From: Pristiophorus japonicus
Taxonomy: Eukaryota
Direction: 5' to 3'
Assembly (NCBI RefSeq): GCF_044704955.1
Contig: NC_091995.1
Coordinates: forward strand, 37,758,001-37,822,000
DNA: 64,000 nucleotides
Shown here: piece after piece, positions 25,701 to 38,636 of the stretch
How positions within the stretch are numbered: position 1 is the stretch's first letter
Layout of the letters: each line of letters begins with the position of its first letter
Translations under genes and position numbers: made by a program
Notes under the pieces: model-generated
Seen by the model: only the letters and a program-made list of their open reading frames with translations
The model's database searches: none
What the model was told of the DNA's origin: nothing

Positions 25701-28700
25701 GAGCAGCTGCGGAACCTGGAGGAAGTATTTAGTCAGCTTAACCATGAGGGGCTCAGGCTAAAATGCTCGAAGTGCTTTTTCCTGGTGCCTGAAGTGGAGT
25801 TCCTCTGGCGAAGAATCATGGCGGATGGCATCAGGCCCACCGATTCAAAGACGCAGGCAATCAAAAACGCACCAAGACCACAGAACGTGACGGAGCTGCG
25901 GTAATTTTGAGGACTGCTGAATTATTTTGGTAACTTCTTACCGGATCTTAGCACATTGTTAGAAACCCTGCACTCTTTACTGCATAAAGGACATGAATGG
26001 GTATGGGGTAAAAGCCAAGAAAATGCCTTTGAGAAAGCTAGGAAATTTTTAGATTCAAATAAATTGCTTGTGTTGTGCGATCCATGTGAACGTTTGATAC
26101 TAGCATTTAATGCATCGTCTTACAGCGTTGGGTTTGTAATTGCCACAAGCTAATGAATTTGGGAAAATGCCAATTGCCAATTGCCAGTTGCTTATGCATC
26201 CAGCAGTCTGTCTAAGGCCGCAAGGGCCTGCAGTGTGATTGAAAAATAATGATTAGCGTGTGTTTACGGGGTAAAGAAAATGCATCAATATCTGTTCGGG
26301 CTCAAATTTGAATTGGAAACTGACCATAAGCCGCTTGTATCCATCTTTTCTGAAAAATATGGGTATCAATACGAATGCATCGGCCCGCATCCAGAGATGG
26401 GCGCTCACGTTGTATGCATACAACTATTTCATGCGCCATGGGCCAGGCACAGAAAACTGTGCCGATGCTCTCATAGGCTACCATTTACAACCACAGGGTT
26501 GGAGGATGGCACAGCCTGCAGAGTTAGTTATGGTAATGGAAGCATTCAAGATTGAGCAATGACTTATTATCGCCCGACAAATTAGAAGATGGATGAGTCA
26601 GGAGCCCTTACTGTCCTTCGTAAAGAACTGTGTGCTCCATAGGAGTTGGTCTCGTGTCCCATTAGAGATGCAGGAAGAAATAAAGCCGTACCAGTGGCGC
26701 AATGATGAAATGTCTTTACAGGCAGACTGCCTCCTATGGGGTAATCGGCTAGTTGTGCCAAAAATGTTGTGCAGGGATACTTTCATTACTGATCGACACA
26801 GTACCCACCCAGGCATTGTAATGATGAAAGCGATAGCCCGGTCCCATATGCGGTGGCCCGATATCGATGCAGAATTAGATTCCGGTGTGCACAAATGTAA
26901 TACATGTTTACAGTTAAGTAATGCACCCAGAGAAGCACCACTAAGTTTGTGGTCTTGGCCCTCCAAACCGTTGCCTAGCGTTCATGTCAACCATGCAGGC
27001 CCATTCTTGCGAAAAATGTTTTTAGTGGTTGTAGATGCGGACTGCAAGTGGATTGAATGTGCGATAATGGCGGCAAGCACGTACGCTGCCACCAGAGAAA
27101 GCCTACGGACCATGTTTGTCACGCACTGTCTGCCAGAAGTCCTTGTAAGTGACAATGGACCGTGCTTTACCAATGCCGAATTCAAGGAATTCATGACCCG
27201 CAATGGGGTCAAACATTTCACATCTGCCCCGTTTAAGGCAGGATCCAATGGTCAGGCAGAACGAGCAGTTCAAACGATCAAGCAGAGCTTGAAAATGGTA
27301 ACTGAAGGTTCACTGCACACTCGCTTATCACAAGTACTGCTTAGTTACCACACAAGACCCCATTGGCTCACTGGGGTCCTTCCCACTAAATTGCTCAAGA
27401 AAAGGGCACTTAAGACAAGCATCTCATTAGTCCACCCTGATCTACACGAACAGGTGGAATGCAGGCAGCTTCAATAAAATACATATTATTATCGCGCAAA
27501 TATGTCACACAAAATTGAAGTAAATGATCCTGTAGTTGGGTTGAAATATGGACAAGGTCCCAAATGGATTCCTGGCACTGTTTTGACCAAAGAGGATGTT
27601 TGTGGTGAAACTCGCAAATGGACTCACCTGCAGCAAACACTTGGACCAAACCAAACTCAGATTTACTGACTTTCCAGAATAACCCACCATAGACTCTAAC
27701 TTTTTCAACTCTCCAACACACACACAAGTGGCAACCGACCCAGCGGTTGACCAAGAAGCAGAACCCTCCACCCGCAACAGCCCAGCAAGACTCACAACCC
27801 CCAGCAGTCCAGCAAGGCCAGCTGCGAACCAGCCCAGCGAAGGCCCAACAAAAGATTCACCAAAACCAGCATTTGCACCGAGATGATCAACCAGGGAAAT
27901 GAAGGCCCCAGATCTACTCACATTGTAAATAGTTACACGATTGACTTTGGAGTGGAGTGCTGTTCTGTATGTAAATCTGTAATTACCATGTCTCACCATC
28001 AGAGGGCTTATCCACTGGAGTCCCTAGGGATCCCATAATGCCTTGGGTGCGTCTATTTATAAGGAGGCTTCACAGGTTGGAGAGGCACTCTGAGGTCTAT
28101 AATAAAAGACTACGGTCACACTTATTTGAGCATGCAGTACCTAGTCTGACTCCTTATCCAAGACATAACAATGGCTTCATGGTGGCTCTGCTGCACAAGA
28201 GGGCAGGAAAAAGAGCGGGAGAGCTATATTGGTCGGGGATTTGATCGTAAGTGGAATAGATAGGCATTTCTGCGGCCGCAGAAGTCCAGGATGGTATGTT
28301 GCCTCCCTGGTGCAAGAATCAAGGATGTCTCGGAGTGGCTGCAGGGCATTCTGGAGGGGGAGGGTAATCAGCCCGTTGTCATCGTACCAACGATATAGGT
28401 AAAAAAACGGGATGAGTTCCTACAAGCTGAATTTAAGGAGCTAGAAATTAAATCAAAAAGTATGACCTCAATGGCAGTAATCTCAGGATTACTAACAATG
28501 CCATGTGCTAAATAGAGTAGATGTAGCAGGATAGTTAAGAGGAATACGTGGCTTGAGCAATGGCGCAAGAGGGAGGGAATTAAATTCCTGGGACATTCAA
28601 ACCGGTTCAGCGTAGGTTGGACCAGTACAAAAAGGACGTTGTGCACCTGGGCAGGACCGGAACTGATGTCCGAGTGGGAATGTTTGCTAGTGCTGTTGGG

Positions 28701-31700
28701 GAGGGGTCAAACTAATATGGCAGGGGGATGGGAATCTATGCAGAGAGACAGAGGGAAGTAAAATGTGGACAGAAGCAAAAGGTAGAAAGGAGATAAGGAA
28801 AATGGAGGGAAATCAAAGGCAAAAATCAAAAAGGGCCACATTACAACATAATTCTAAAAGGACAAAGAGTGTTTAAAAAAAAACAAGCCTGAAGGCTATG
28901 TGCCTCAATGCGAAGAGCATTCATCAAATTTGGCTGAATTAACTGCACAGATAGCTGTTAACGGATATGATGTAATTGGGATTATGGAGACATGCCTCCA
29001 GTTTGACCAAAGATGGGAGTCAACAGCCAGGAGTATTCAATATTCAGGAAGGATAGACAGAAAGAAAAATGAGGTGGGGTATTGTTGCTGGTTAAAGAGG
29101 AGATTTATGCAATAGTAAGGAAGGACATTAGCTTGTATGATGTGGACTCTGTATGGGTACAGCTGTGGAACACCCAAATGGTCGTAAACGTTAGTAGGAG
29201 TTGTGTACATACCACCAAACAGTAGTAGTGAGGTTGGGGACTGTATGAAACAAGAAATTCGGGATGCGGGCAATAAAGGTTAATCTACATATAGATTGGC
29301 TAACCAAGCTGTAGGAGCAATAAGGTGGAGGAGGATTTCCTGGAGTGTATAAGACATGGTTTTCTAGACCAATACCTCAAGGAACCAATGAGAGAGCTAG
29401 CCATTTTAGATTGGGTGTTGTGTAACGAAAGATATTTAATTAGCAATCGTGTTGTGCCAGGCCCCTTGTGGAGGAGTGACAATACTATGGTGGAAATCTT
29501 CATTAAGATGGAGAGTGACACAGTTAATTCAGAGACTACGGTCCTGAAACTAAAGAAAGGTAACTTCGATGGTATGAGACATGAATTGGCTCGGATAGAC
29601 GAGCGAATGATACTTAAAGTTTGATTGTGGATAGGCAATGGCAGACATTTAAAGGTCACAAGGATGAACGTCAACAATTGTACATCCCTGTCTGGAGCAA
29701 AAATAAAACGGGGAAGGCGACTCAACCGTGGCTAACAAATGAAATTAGGGAGAGTGTTAAATCCAAGGAAAAGGTATATACATTTGCCAGAAAAAGCAAC
29801 ACACCTGAGGACTGGGAGAAATTTAAAATTCAGCAGAGGAGGACAAAGCATTTAATTAGGATGGGGAAATAGAATATGAGAGTAAGCTTGCAGTGAATAT
29901 AAAAACTGACTGCATATTCTTCTATAGATAGTGAGGAGAAAAAGTTTAACGATGCCAAATGTAGGTCCCTTGCAGTCAGAATCAGGTGAATTTATAATGG
30001 AGAACAAAGAAATGGCAGACCAATTGAACAAATACTTTTGTTCATTCTTCACTAAGGAAGACACAAATTAACTTCTGGAAATACTAGGGTACAGAGTGTC
30101 TAGCGAGGAGGAGGAACTGAAGGATTTCCTTATTAGTCAGGAAATTGTGTTCGGGAAATTGATGGGACTGAAAGGCCGATAAATACCCAGGCCCTGTTAG
30201 TCTGCATCCGAGACTACTTAAGGCAGTGGCCGTAGAAATAGTGGATGCATTGGTCGTCCTTTTCCAATCTTGTATAGACTCTGTATTAGTACCAATGGAC
30301 TGGAGGGTACATAATGTAACCCCACTTTTTATAAAACGCGGATCACTAAAAACATCGAATTATAGACTGATTAATCTGACATCGGTAGTGGGGAAAAAGT
30401 TGGAATCAATTATTAAAGATATAGTCGCAGCACATTTGGAAAGCAGTGACAGGATCGGTCCAATTCAGCATGGATTTATGAAAGGGAAATCATGCATGAC
30501 AAAGCTTCTAGAATTTTTTGAGGATGTAACTAATAGAGTGGACAAGGGAGAACCAGTGGGTGTGGTGTATTTGGACTTTCAAAAGGCTTTTGACAAGGTC
30601 CCACACAATAGATCATTTTTCAAAATTAAAGCACATGCTATTGGGGGTAATGTGGATAGAGAATTGGTTGGAAGACAGGAAGAAAAGAGTAGGAATAAAT
30701 GGGTCCTTTTCAGAATGGCAGGCAGTGACTAGTGGGATACCGCAAGATTCAGTGCTGGGACCCCGGCTATTTTCAATATATATTAATGATTTAGACGAAT
30801 TTAATGTAATATCTCCACGTTTCCAGATGACACTAAGCTGGGTGGCAGTGTGAGCTGTGAGGAGGATGCTAAGAGGCTGCAGGGTGACTTGGACAGGTTC
30901 GGTAAGTTGGCAAATGCATGGCAGATGCAGTATAATGTAGATAAATGCGAGGTTATCCACCTTGGTGGCAAAAACAGCAGAATATTATCTGAATGGTGAC
31001 AAATTAGGAAAAGGGCAGGTGCAACGAGACCTGGGTGTCATGGTACAAAAGTCATTGAAAGTTGGCATGCAGGTACAGCAGGCGGTGAAGAAGGCAAATG
31101 GCATCTTGGCCTTCATCACGAGAGGATTTGAGTAAAGGAGCAGGGAGGTCTTACTGCAGTTCTGCAGTGCCTTGGTGAAGCCACACCTTGAATACCGTGT
31201 GCAGTTTTGATTTCCTAATCTGAGGAAGGACATTCTTGCATTTGAGGGAGTGCCGCAAAGGTTCACCATACTGATTCCCGGGATGGCAGGACTGACATAT
31301 TAAAAAAGATTCGATCGACTGGGCTTATATTTACTGGAATTTAGAACAATGAGAGGGGATCTCATGGAAACATATAAAATTCTGATGGGATTGGAGAGTT
31401 TAGATGCACGAAGAATATTCCTGATGTTGTGGAAGTCCAGAACCAGGGGTCACAGTCTAAGGGTAAGGGGTAAGCCATTTAGGACCGAGATGAGGAGAAA
31501 CTTCTTCACTCAGAGAATTGTGAACCTTTGGAATTCTGTACCACAGAAATTTGTTGAGGCCAGTTCATTAGATATATTCAAAAGGGAGTTAGATGTGGCC
31601 CTTACGGCTAAAGGGAACAAGGGGTATGGAAAGAAAGCAGGAATGGGGTTCTAAAGTTAAATGATCAGCCATGATGGTATTGAATGCTGGTGCAGGCTCG

Positions 31701-31748
31701 AAGGGGCGAATGGTCTACTCCTGCACCAATTTTCTATGTTTCTATGTA
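22790..31748 (+). mobile_element. Near full-length degenerate CR1 LINE (5' UTR, ORF1 zinc finger/esterase, ORF2 APE-RT, tail), split by a Gypsy insertion
   Basis: ORF1 remnants CSSCAM..VCRKC and PEVISLQNRY at 23258-23635, resuming after 28175 with CLPGARIKDVS; ORF2 remnants [33 protein letters not shown]; ttctatgtttctatg tail. Confidence 0.9.
23636..28170 (+). mobile_element. Gypsy/Ty3 LTR retrotransposon, full length, decayed
   Basis: LTRs 23636-23846 and 27961-28170 (TG...CA); 5-bp TSD atggc; PBS-like actcgtgacgag; gag, protease (ELDTGAS), RT (FQDDI), RNase H (ETDHKPL), integrase (LVSDNGPCF, SNGQAERAVQ). Confidence 0.95.
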
Positions 31749-31849
31749 TCGATGCAGTGGGTGTAAAATGCATGTGGTTGGAATAATGTGAACTGTAAGA
31801 CCACGTGGATCACGTTCTCGCTCCCAATCTCCTCTCTCTTTAGCCGTGG

Positions 31850-32540
31850 ACCACCTTCTTCTGCCATGCACACTGTTTTCTCCATACTTGTTAAAACCTC
31901 TCACTGAGTTCCTGACCTCCTCTCCCCTTCTCGTCCCTATGATTCCACATCCCTCAGATTCCCTGTCTTTCTCTCCCATTCTCTCTCTCTCCCTCTCCGA
32001 ATGCCTCTCTCAGCCTCCCATTCTCTCTCGACCAAGCCCGATTCCCTCATACTCTGATTTCCTCTCTCCCCCTCTCCGTCCAATTCCCTTTCTTACTTCA
32101 CGTCTCCCTCCCATTCCATCTCTCCTCTTCTCCCTGCGATTCCCTCTCACCCTGATTATCTCTCCCTCCAATTCACTTCCTCCACCTCTGTCCTCCGATT
32201 CCCTCTCCCTCGGAGTCCCTCTACCCATTCTGTCACATTTCATTCCTTCTCCCCACTCTTTCCCACTGCGATTAACTCTCCCTCCAATTCCATCCATCTC
32301 GCTCCGAGTCCATCTGCCTCCTCTCTCCTCCTCAGATTCCATCTATACCCCTCTGCGTCCCCATCTCTCACTATCCCATCCACTCCGAACCCTTTCTCCC
32401 CCTCTGAGTCCCTCTGGATCCGTCTCTTCGCCCTTGTCCTCCAATTCCCTTTCCCTCCAATTCACTCTCTCCCCCTCTCTGTCCTCCAATTCCCTCAACC
32501 TCTGAGTCCCTCTATTCACCCTCTCTCCTTTCTGATTCTG
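31850..32540. repeat. Pyrimidine-rich low-complexity tract
   Basis: C/T-rich with recurrent tcctcc(a/g)attccctct motifs. Confidence 0.8.
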
Positions 32541-32566
32541 AAAACATATCACCTTCTGGTGGAAAC

Positions 32567-35500
32567 GATTGTGTTCCTTACACAGATGAGACTGCACACA
32601 GGGAGGTTAAAGTAACAGTGATCTCACTCTTTATTAAGACACTCCAGAGTGAGGAACAGGCCTTCGGAGCCGGCTTATATACATTGCTCCCAAGGGTTGC
32701 TGGGATCCCTTGGGACTTCAGCGGATGTGCCTCCTGGTGGCAGAATATGTGAGTGCATGCTTTACAGATACACAACATCACTCCTCCCCCAAAATCAAAA
32801 TGAAAACTATTTACAATGCGAGGCACTCGGGAGCTTTTCTTTCCCTCGTGGACTTCCTCGGTACAAATGTCTGTTCTGGTGTGTTGGCTGTGCCCTCGCT
32901 GGGCTGGCTGGTTGTTGGCCCTGCAGGGCTGCTGAGTGACCCTGTCCTTGCTTGTCTATTGGGCGTGATGGATTCAATGTCCTGCTCTGGAGTTGTGTCG
33001 TTGATCCTTTAGGTGTGTGTTGTGGGATCGAAAAAGGTGGTGACTGCTGTGGGTTGTTCAGGGCAGTCTGTAAACTGCAGCCACGTTTTGTCCAGGCGCT
33101 TTCTGCAAATTTGTCCATTGTTCAGTTTGACTACAAACAACCTACTCCCTTCTTTAGCTATCACCGTGCCCACGATCCACTTTGGACCATGTCAATAGTT
33201 GAGCACATACACAGGGACTTTCAGGTCAATTTCCCATGACACAGTGGCGCGAACATCATTTACATTTTGTTACTGCCGCCTGCTCTTTACCTGCTCATGC
33301 AGGTTGGGGTGGACCAGCGAGAGTCTGGTTTTAAGTGTACTTTTCATGAGTAGCTCATCCGGGGGCACCCCTGTGAGCGAGTGGGGTCTCGTGCGGTAGC
33401 TGAGCAGTAGTCGGGACAGGCAGGTTTGGAGTGAGCCTTCTGTGACTCGTTTAAGGCTCTGTTTGATTGTTCTACTGCCCGCTCTGCCTGCCCATTGGAG
33501 GCTGGTTTAAACGGGGCGGAGGTGACAAGTTTGATCCCATTGCGGGTCATGAATTCTTTAAATTCGGCACTGCTGAAACATGGCACGTTGTCACTGACCA
33601 GTATGTCAGGCAGGCCGTGGGTGGCAAACATGGTCTTCAGACTTTCAATGGTGGCGGTGGCGGTGCTTAACGACATTATTTCACTTTCAATCCATTTTGA
33701 AAAAGCATCCATCACCACCAGGAATATTTTCCCGAGAAATTGAATAGTCGACATGTATCCTCGACCATGGTCTGGAGGGACAGGACCCCAAATTAGTGGT
33801 GCGTCTCTGGTTGCATTGATCAGCTGAGTACATGCGGCATTGCCGTACACAGGACTCTAAGTCAGAGTCGATACCGCGCCACCACACGTGGGATCTGGCT
33901 ATCGCTTTCATCATTACTATACACAGGTGTGTGCTGTGGAGATCCGAGATGAACGTCTCCCTGCCATTTTTGGGTAGCACTACACGGTTACCTCACAACA
34001 GGCAGTCTGCCTGAATGGACAGCTTGTCCTTTCGCCACTGGAAAGGCTTAATTAGCTCTTGCATTTCAACGGGGATGCTGGCCCAGTTCCCATGCAGTAC
34101 ACCGTTTGTTTACTAGGGACAACAGAGGATCTTGGCTGGTCCAAGTCCTAATCTGGCGGGCCGTGACAGGTGATTTATCTTTTTCAAATGCTTCCATGAC
34201 CATCAACAAGTCTGCGGGCTGTGCCACCATCAACAAGTTTGCAGGCTGCGCCATTTCCACCCCCGTGGTGGGCAATGGTAGCCGACTGAGGGCATCCGCA
34301 CAGTTCTTGGTGCCTGGCCTGTGGTGGATGGTGTAGTTATATGCTGATAGCGCGAGTGCCCACCTTTGTATGCGGGCTGAGGCATTCGTATTTAACACTT
34401 GTTTTCAGCGAACAGGAATATGAGGGGCTAGCGATCAGTTTCCAGTTCAAATTTGAGGCCAAACAGGTACTGATGCATTTTCTTTCCCCCGAACACATAC
34501 GCTAATGCCTCTTTCTCAATCATGCTGTAGGCCCTCTCTGACCTAGACAAGCTCCTGGAGGCATAGGCGACAGGTTGCAATTTCCCTGCAGCGTGAGCTT
34601 GTTGTAATACATAGTCTCTGTACGACGAAGCATCACATGCTAACACAAGTCTTTTACATGGGTTATACAATACAAGCAGCTTGTTGCAGCATATAATGTT
34701 TCTGGCTTTCTCAAAAGCAATTTTTTTTTTTTTTCCCGATACCCAGTTCTCACCTTTATGCAATAGCACATGTAGGAGCTCGGAGATGATGCTTAACCCT
34801 GGGAGAAAGTTACCAAATTATTTGAGGAGTCCTCGGAATGACCGCAGCTCTTTGACGTTCTGTGGCCTGGGCGCGGTCCTGATAGCCTCTGTCTTGGAGT
34901 CTGTGGGCCGAATGCCATCCGCCGCAATCTTTCTCCCCAAAAACTCCACTCCACGCATTTCGATCTCTTCAGACACAGCCCTACGCGATCCAGTCGCTGG
35001 AGGACCTCGTCCAGGTTTTGTAGTTGATGGACGGTGTCCCGACTCGTGACCAACATATCGTCCTAATAAACTACCATGCGTGGTACCAACTTGAGTAGGC
35101 TTTCCATGTATCTCTGGAAGATCGCTGCAGCTGACCGAATTCCAAACGGGCATCTGTTGTAGATGAGCAATTCCATGTGCGTGCTGATGCAGGTGAGGCC
35201 CTTTGAAGAATCCTCCAGCTCCTGCGTCATGTAGGCCGAAGTCAGGTCGAGCTTGGTGAATGTCTTGCCTCCTGCCAGCATCGCAAATAGGTCGTCTGCC
35301 TTAGGTAATGGGTATTGGTCCTGTAGCGAGAAACGATTAATAGTTACTTTATAATCGCCGCAAATTCAGACAGTGCCATCACTTTTGAGTACTGGAACAA
35401 TCGGGCTGGCCCACTCGCTGAATTCCACTGGGGAGATAATGCCCTCGCGTTGCAGCCTGTCCAGCTCGATTTCCACTCTCTCCCTCATCATGTGATGTAC

Positions 35501-37132
35501 CGCTCACGCCTTGTAGTGAATGGGACGTGCCTCTGGGAACAAGTGGATCCGCACCTTCGCCCTGCAAAGGTTTCCAATGCCTGGCTCAAAAAGGGAAGGA
35601 AATTTGAATTTGTTAAGAACCTGGGTACATGAGGACTCATTGAAATGTGATAGCGCTCGGATGTCATCCCAGTTCCAGCAGATTTTGCCCAGCCAGCTCC
35701 TTCCAAGCAAAGTGGGGCATCACCCGGGACAATCCAGAGTGGCAGTTCATGCACCGTGCCCTCGTAGGTGACTTTGGCCATGGCCCTGCCCAGGACAGTG
35801 TTGAGCTCTTTGGTGCACATTCTAAGTTTCATGTGGATGGTGCTCAGGGCTGGTCTGAGTGCCTTGTTGCACCACAGTGTATCAAACATCTTTTTACTCA
35901 TGATGGATTGGCTAGCGCCAGTTTCCAGTTCCATGGCTACGGGTAAGCCATTCAATTTTACATTTAGCATTATAGGTGGACATTTTGTCGAAAATGTGTG
36001 CACCCCGTGTACTTCAGCGTCTGCTTTTTCTCTCTGAGACTCAAAACTGTTTTGATCCACCATGAACCGATCTTCCTCTGCCAAGTTGTGGTTAGCAGGT
36101 TTTACACAGCTTGAAGCTCGTCTGCAAGCTCGTTGGACATGCCCCAATGTTCCACAGATCTTGCAATCATACCCTTTGAAGTGGCATGAATCAACTGAAT
36201 GGAAGCCTCCACATCGCCAACAAGGTGTGAATTGCCTTGCATTCATCCTTTGTTGCAGACTCTGAGACATCTGGGTCACTTGAGGCCTGCTGGCAGTTGC
36301 ATACTCGTGTTTTCTGCCATGTACATTTCTGCTCGCAAACACAGTTCCAATTATTTTATGAACATTGCTCGCACTTGTGTGCTGAAAGAATTGTTTGGTG
36401 TCATCACTGGTGGACACAAACGCTTGTGCTCTCGCAATGGCCTTACTGAGGATTGATGTCTCGACAGTCAAAAGTTTTTGTAGGATGGTCTTGTGGCCAA
36501 TGCCCAGTACAAAAAAGTCTCTGAGCATCTGCTCCACGTAGCCATCAAACTCACATTGCCCTGCAAGTCGCCTTAGCTCGGCGACGTAGCTCGCCATTTC
36601 CTGACCTTCAGGTCGCTGGCACGTGTAGAACCGATACCTCGCCATCTGCACACTCTCCCTCAGGTTAAGTTGCTCCCGAACCTGTGTACACAGCTCCTCA
36701 TATGACTTATCTGTGGCTTTCACCAGAGCCAGAAGATTCTTCATGAGGCTGTAGGCAGACCGTGAGGAGGACCGTTCTCCTTTTTGCAGTGCTTCTTTCT
36801 CTGTCCAGCTCGTTGGCTACAAAGTACTGGTCTAGCCATTCAACACAGGCTTCCCCATCTTCACCCTCCGGCAACTTCTCCAGGATTGCCACAGTTTGCT
36901 GCATCTTTGTATTGGATTCGTATACTCGTCGCCAGTTATTGTGTTCCTAACACAGATGAGACTGCACACAGGGAAGTTAAAGTATCAATGACCTCAATCT
37001 TCAGTGAGGAACAGGCCTTAGGGGCCAGCTTATATACAGTGCTCCCAAGGGAGGCTGGGATCCCTTGGGACTTCAGGGGATGCGCTCCCTGCTGGTGGAG
37101 TATGGGAGTGCATGCTTTGTAGATACACAACA
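32567..37132 (-). mobile_element. Gypsy/Ty3 LTR retrotransposon, full length, decayed, related to 23636-28170
   Basis: LTRs 32567-32777 and 36937-37132; 5-bp TSD gaaac; PBS actggcgacgag; PPT gggggaggag; 418-aa gag-protease ORF with two CCHC knuckles; RT, RNase H and integrase fragments. Confidence 0.95.
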
Positions 37133-37997
37133 GAAACCACGAGCACTTGTGATTATTGCAGACTTGAAATTACATTCAAAGGCATGGTTGGATATGTGGG
37201 TGAGTATCATTTGATACCGCCTTTTCATAGAATAAAAGAAACGTATGACTCTTTAAGGAGAAGTTCTGCTTAGCCCACACTCCCGCCTTTTGTCCGTAAC
37301 CCTGTAAATTACTGATTCTCAAGTAGCTGTCCAACTTCCTATTAAAATTATTGATGGAGTCACCATCCACCACGTTTTCAGGTAGATCCTATCAGATTTC
37401 GACAAATCGTTGAGTGAAAATATCTCTTTATCTTCCCTCTTGATTTTTATGAATGATTTCAAATTTAAGGCATCAGATTATTCACCCACAGGATGCTTTT
37501 TCTCTCTGGAGTCTATCAAAACCTCTCAACATCTTGAATATCTCTATTAAGTAACCTGTTCATAACCTGTTGATAAACTCTATTAAGTTGCAGAAGAGGC
37601 GAAGGCCATTCGCCTCAAATGCATTTTGTAAGATTATCAATTGACTAACAATAGCATGATATAATTTTTATTTAAAATTGGATGTTTAAATGTGCAACAA
37701 TGTTTCACGGAGAGGTGAGTGTTCATGCTTACATGTCGGCCTGTGTGAAAGCACGACTTCATTAGTCGAAATCTACATACACAGTTTTAAACTCACAAAA
37801 TATTCAAATATCCAAACATTTACATGAACTTGTCGCATGCTACAAAAAGTTGCACAGAGAGTGGAAATTCGAAAGCTGATAATATGGGCAGTTTAATTTA
37901 TCTCTGATTGTAAATTCCCCCAGTGAACAAGAAGAGTCTGTTACCTACTGATGCATGTTGAATGAGTAGAATGATAATAAGTGTTTCCATTCTCACG

Positions 37998-38138
37998 GAT
38001 TACTCCAACTTCGAAGATTATGACGAGCCATTAGCAGTGGTCCAACTGCGCAGTGAAATCGGCTGGTTAAATCCGGAGAAGGAGAGAGATTCTGGCTGCT
38101 GTTCATGCTGCAATCAATTATTATGATGTCTGCGTGTG
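37998..38138 (+). pseudogene. C4: C4-like alpha-gamma junction exon, frameshifted
   Basis: DYSNFEDYDEPLAVVQLRSEIGWL[fs]RRRREILAAVHAAINYYDVCV(W)|gtcagt; compare human DYEDYEYDE...RRRREAPK...VHYTVCIW. No canonical AG acceptor. Confidence 0.8.
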
Positions 38139-38534
38139 GTCAGTGTCACAAACCTCTTCCACAGAAAACATTTTGTGAAAAGCGAACAGGGCACACGTTA
38201 ATACTTTGGGCCAGGAAAGAAGGTGCATTTCTGAAACGGCTTTTCATGTTTTTCAAAAGTCACTTTGCAATATTACATTAACAATTGTGTCCCCAGTTTA
38301 AAGGATTCAATAATCTTGTGTTTTGAAACATAAGGTCATCTCCATTCAAATAGCTCATCAAACAATGTCTTGTCAATGCACTAAGAATAGTCGCATTCTG
38401 TGTTGTGTAAACTTAAACTTTGCATTAGCTGTCCCTTTGTACTCAACACCCAACTGCACTCTGATTGCACTAAGCCCCAATTGATAAAGTTTGGTAACGA
38501 ATTGTTTTGGTCTTTGTTGTTCCATTTCACAAAG

Positions 38535-38636
38535 GCACAAACCTAATGGTGACAAGAATCAGAAAGTCTCTAGAATAGCAATTGTGGACATCTCACTTCT
38601 CAGTGGATTTGTGCCGGATATACAGATCTTGATCTG
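38535..38636 (+). pseudogene. C4: C4-like exon (MG8), disrupted
   Basis: ag|HKPNGDKNQKVSRIAIVDISLLSGFVPDI[fs]DLDL; compare SGMAIADVTLLSGF. The donor appears mutated (gaaaga). Confidence 0.85.

Noticed and set aside
31846-32505. 219-aa Pro/Ser/Leu-rich ORF
   Set aside because: Artefact of a C/T-rich simple sequence.
37625-37714. Candidate missing C4 exon ending at gag|gtgagt
   Set aside because: Good donor and plausible position, but the translation is too degraded to align with confidence.
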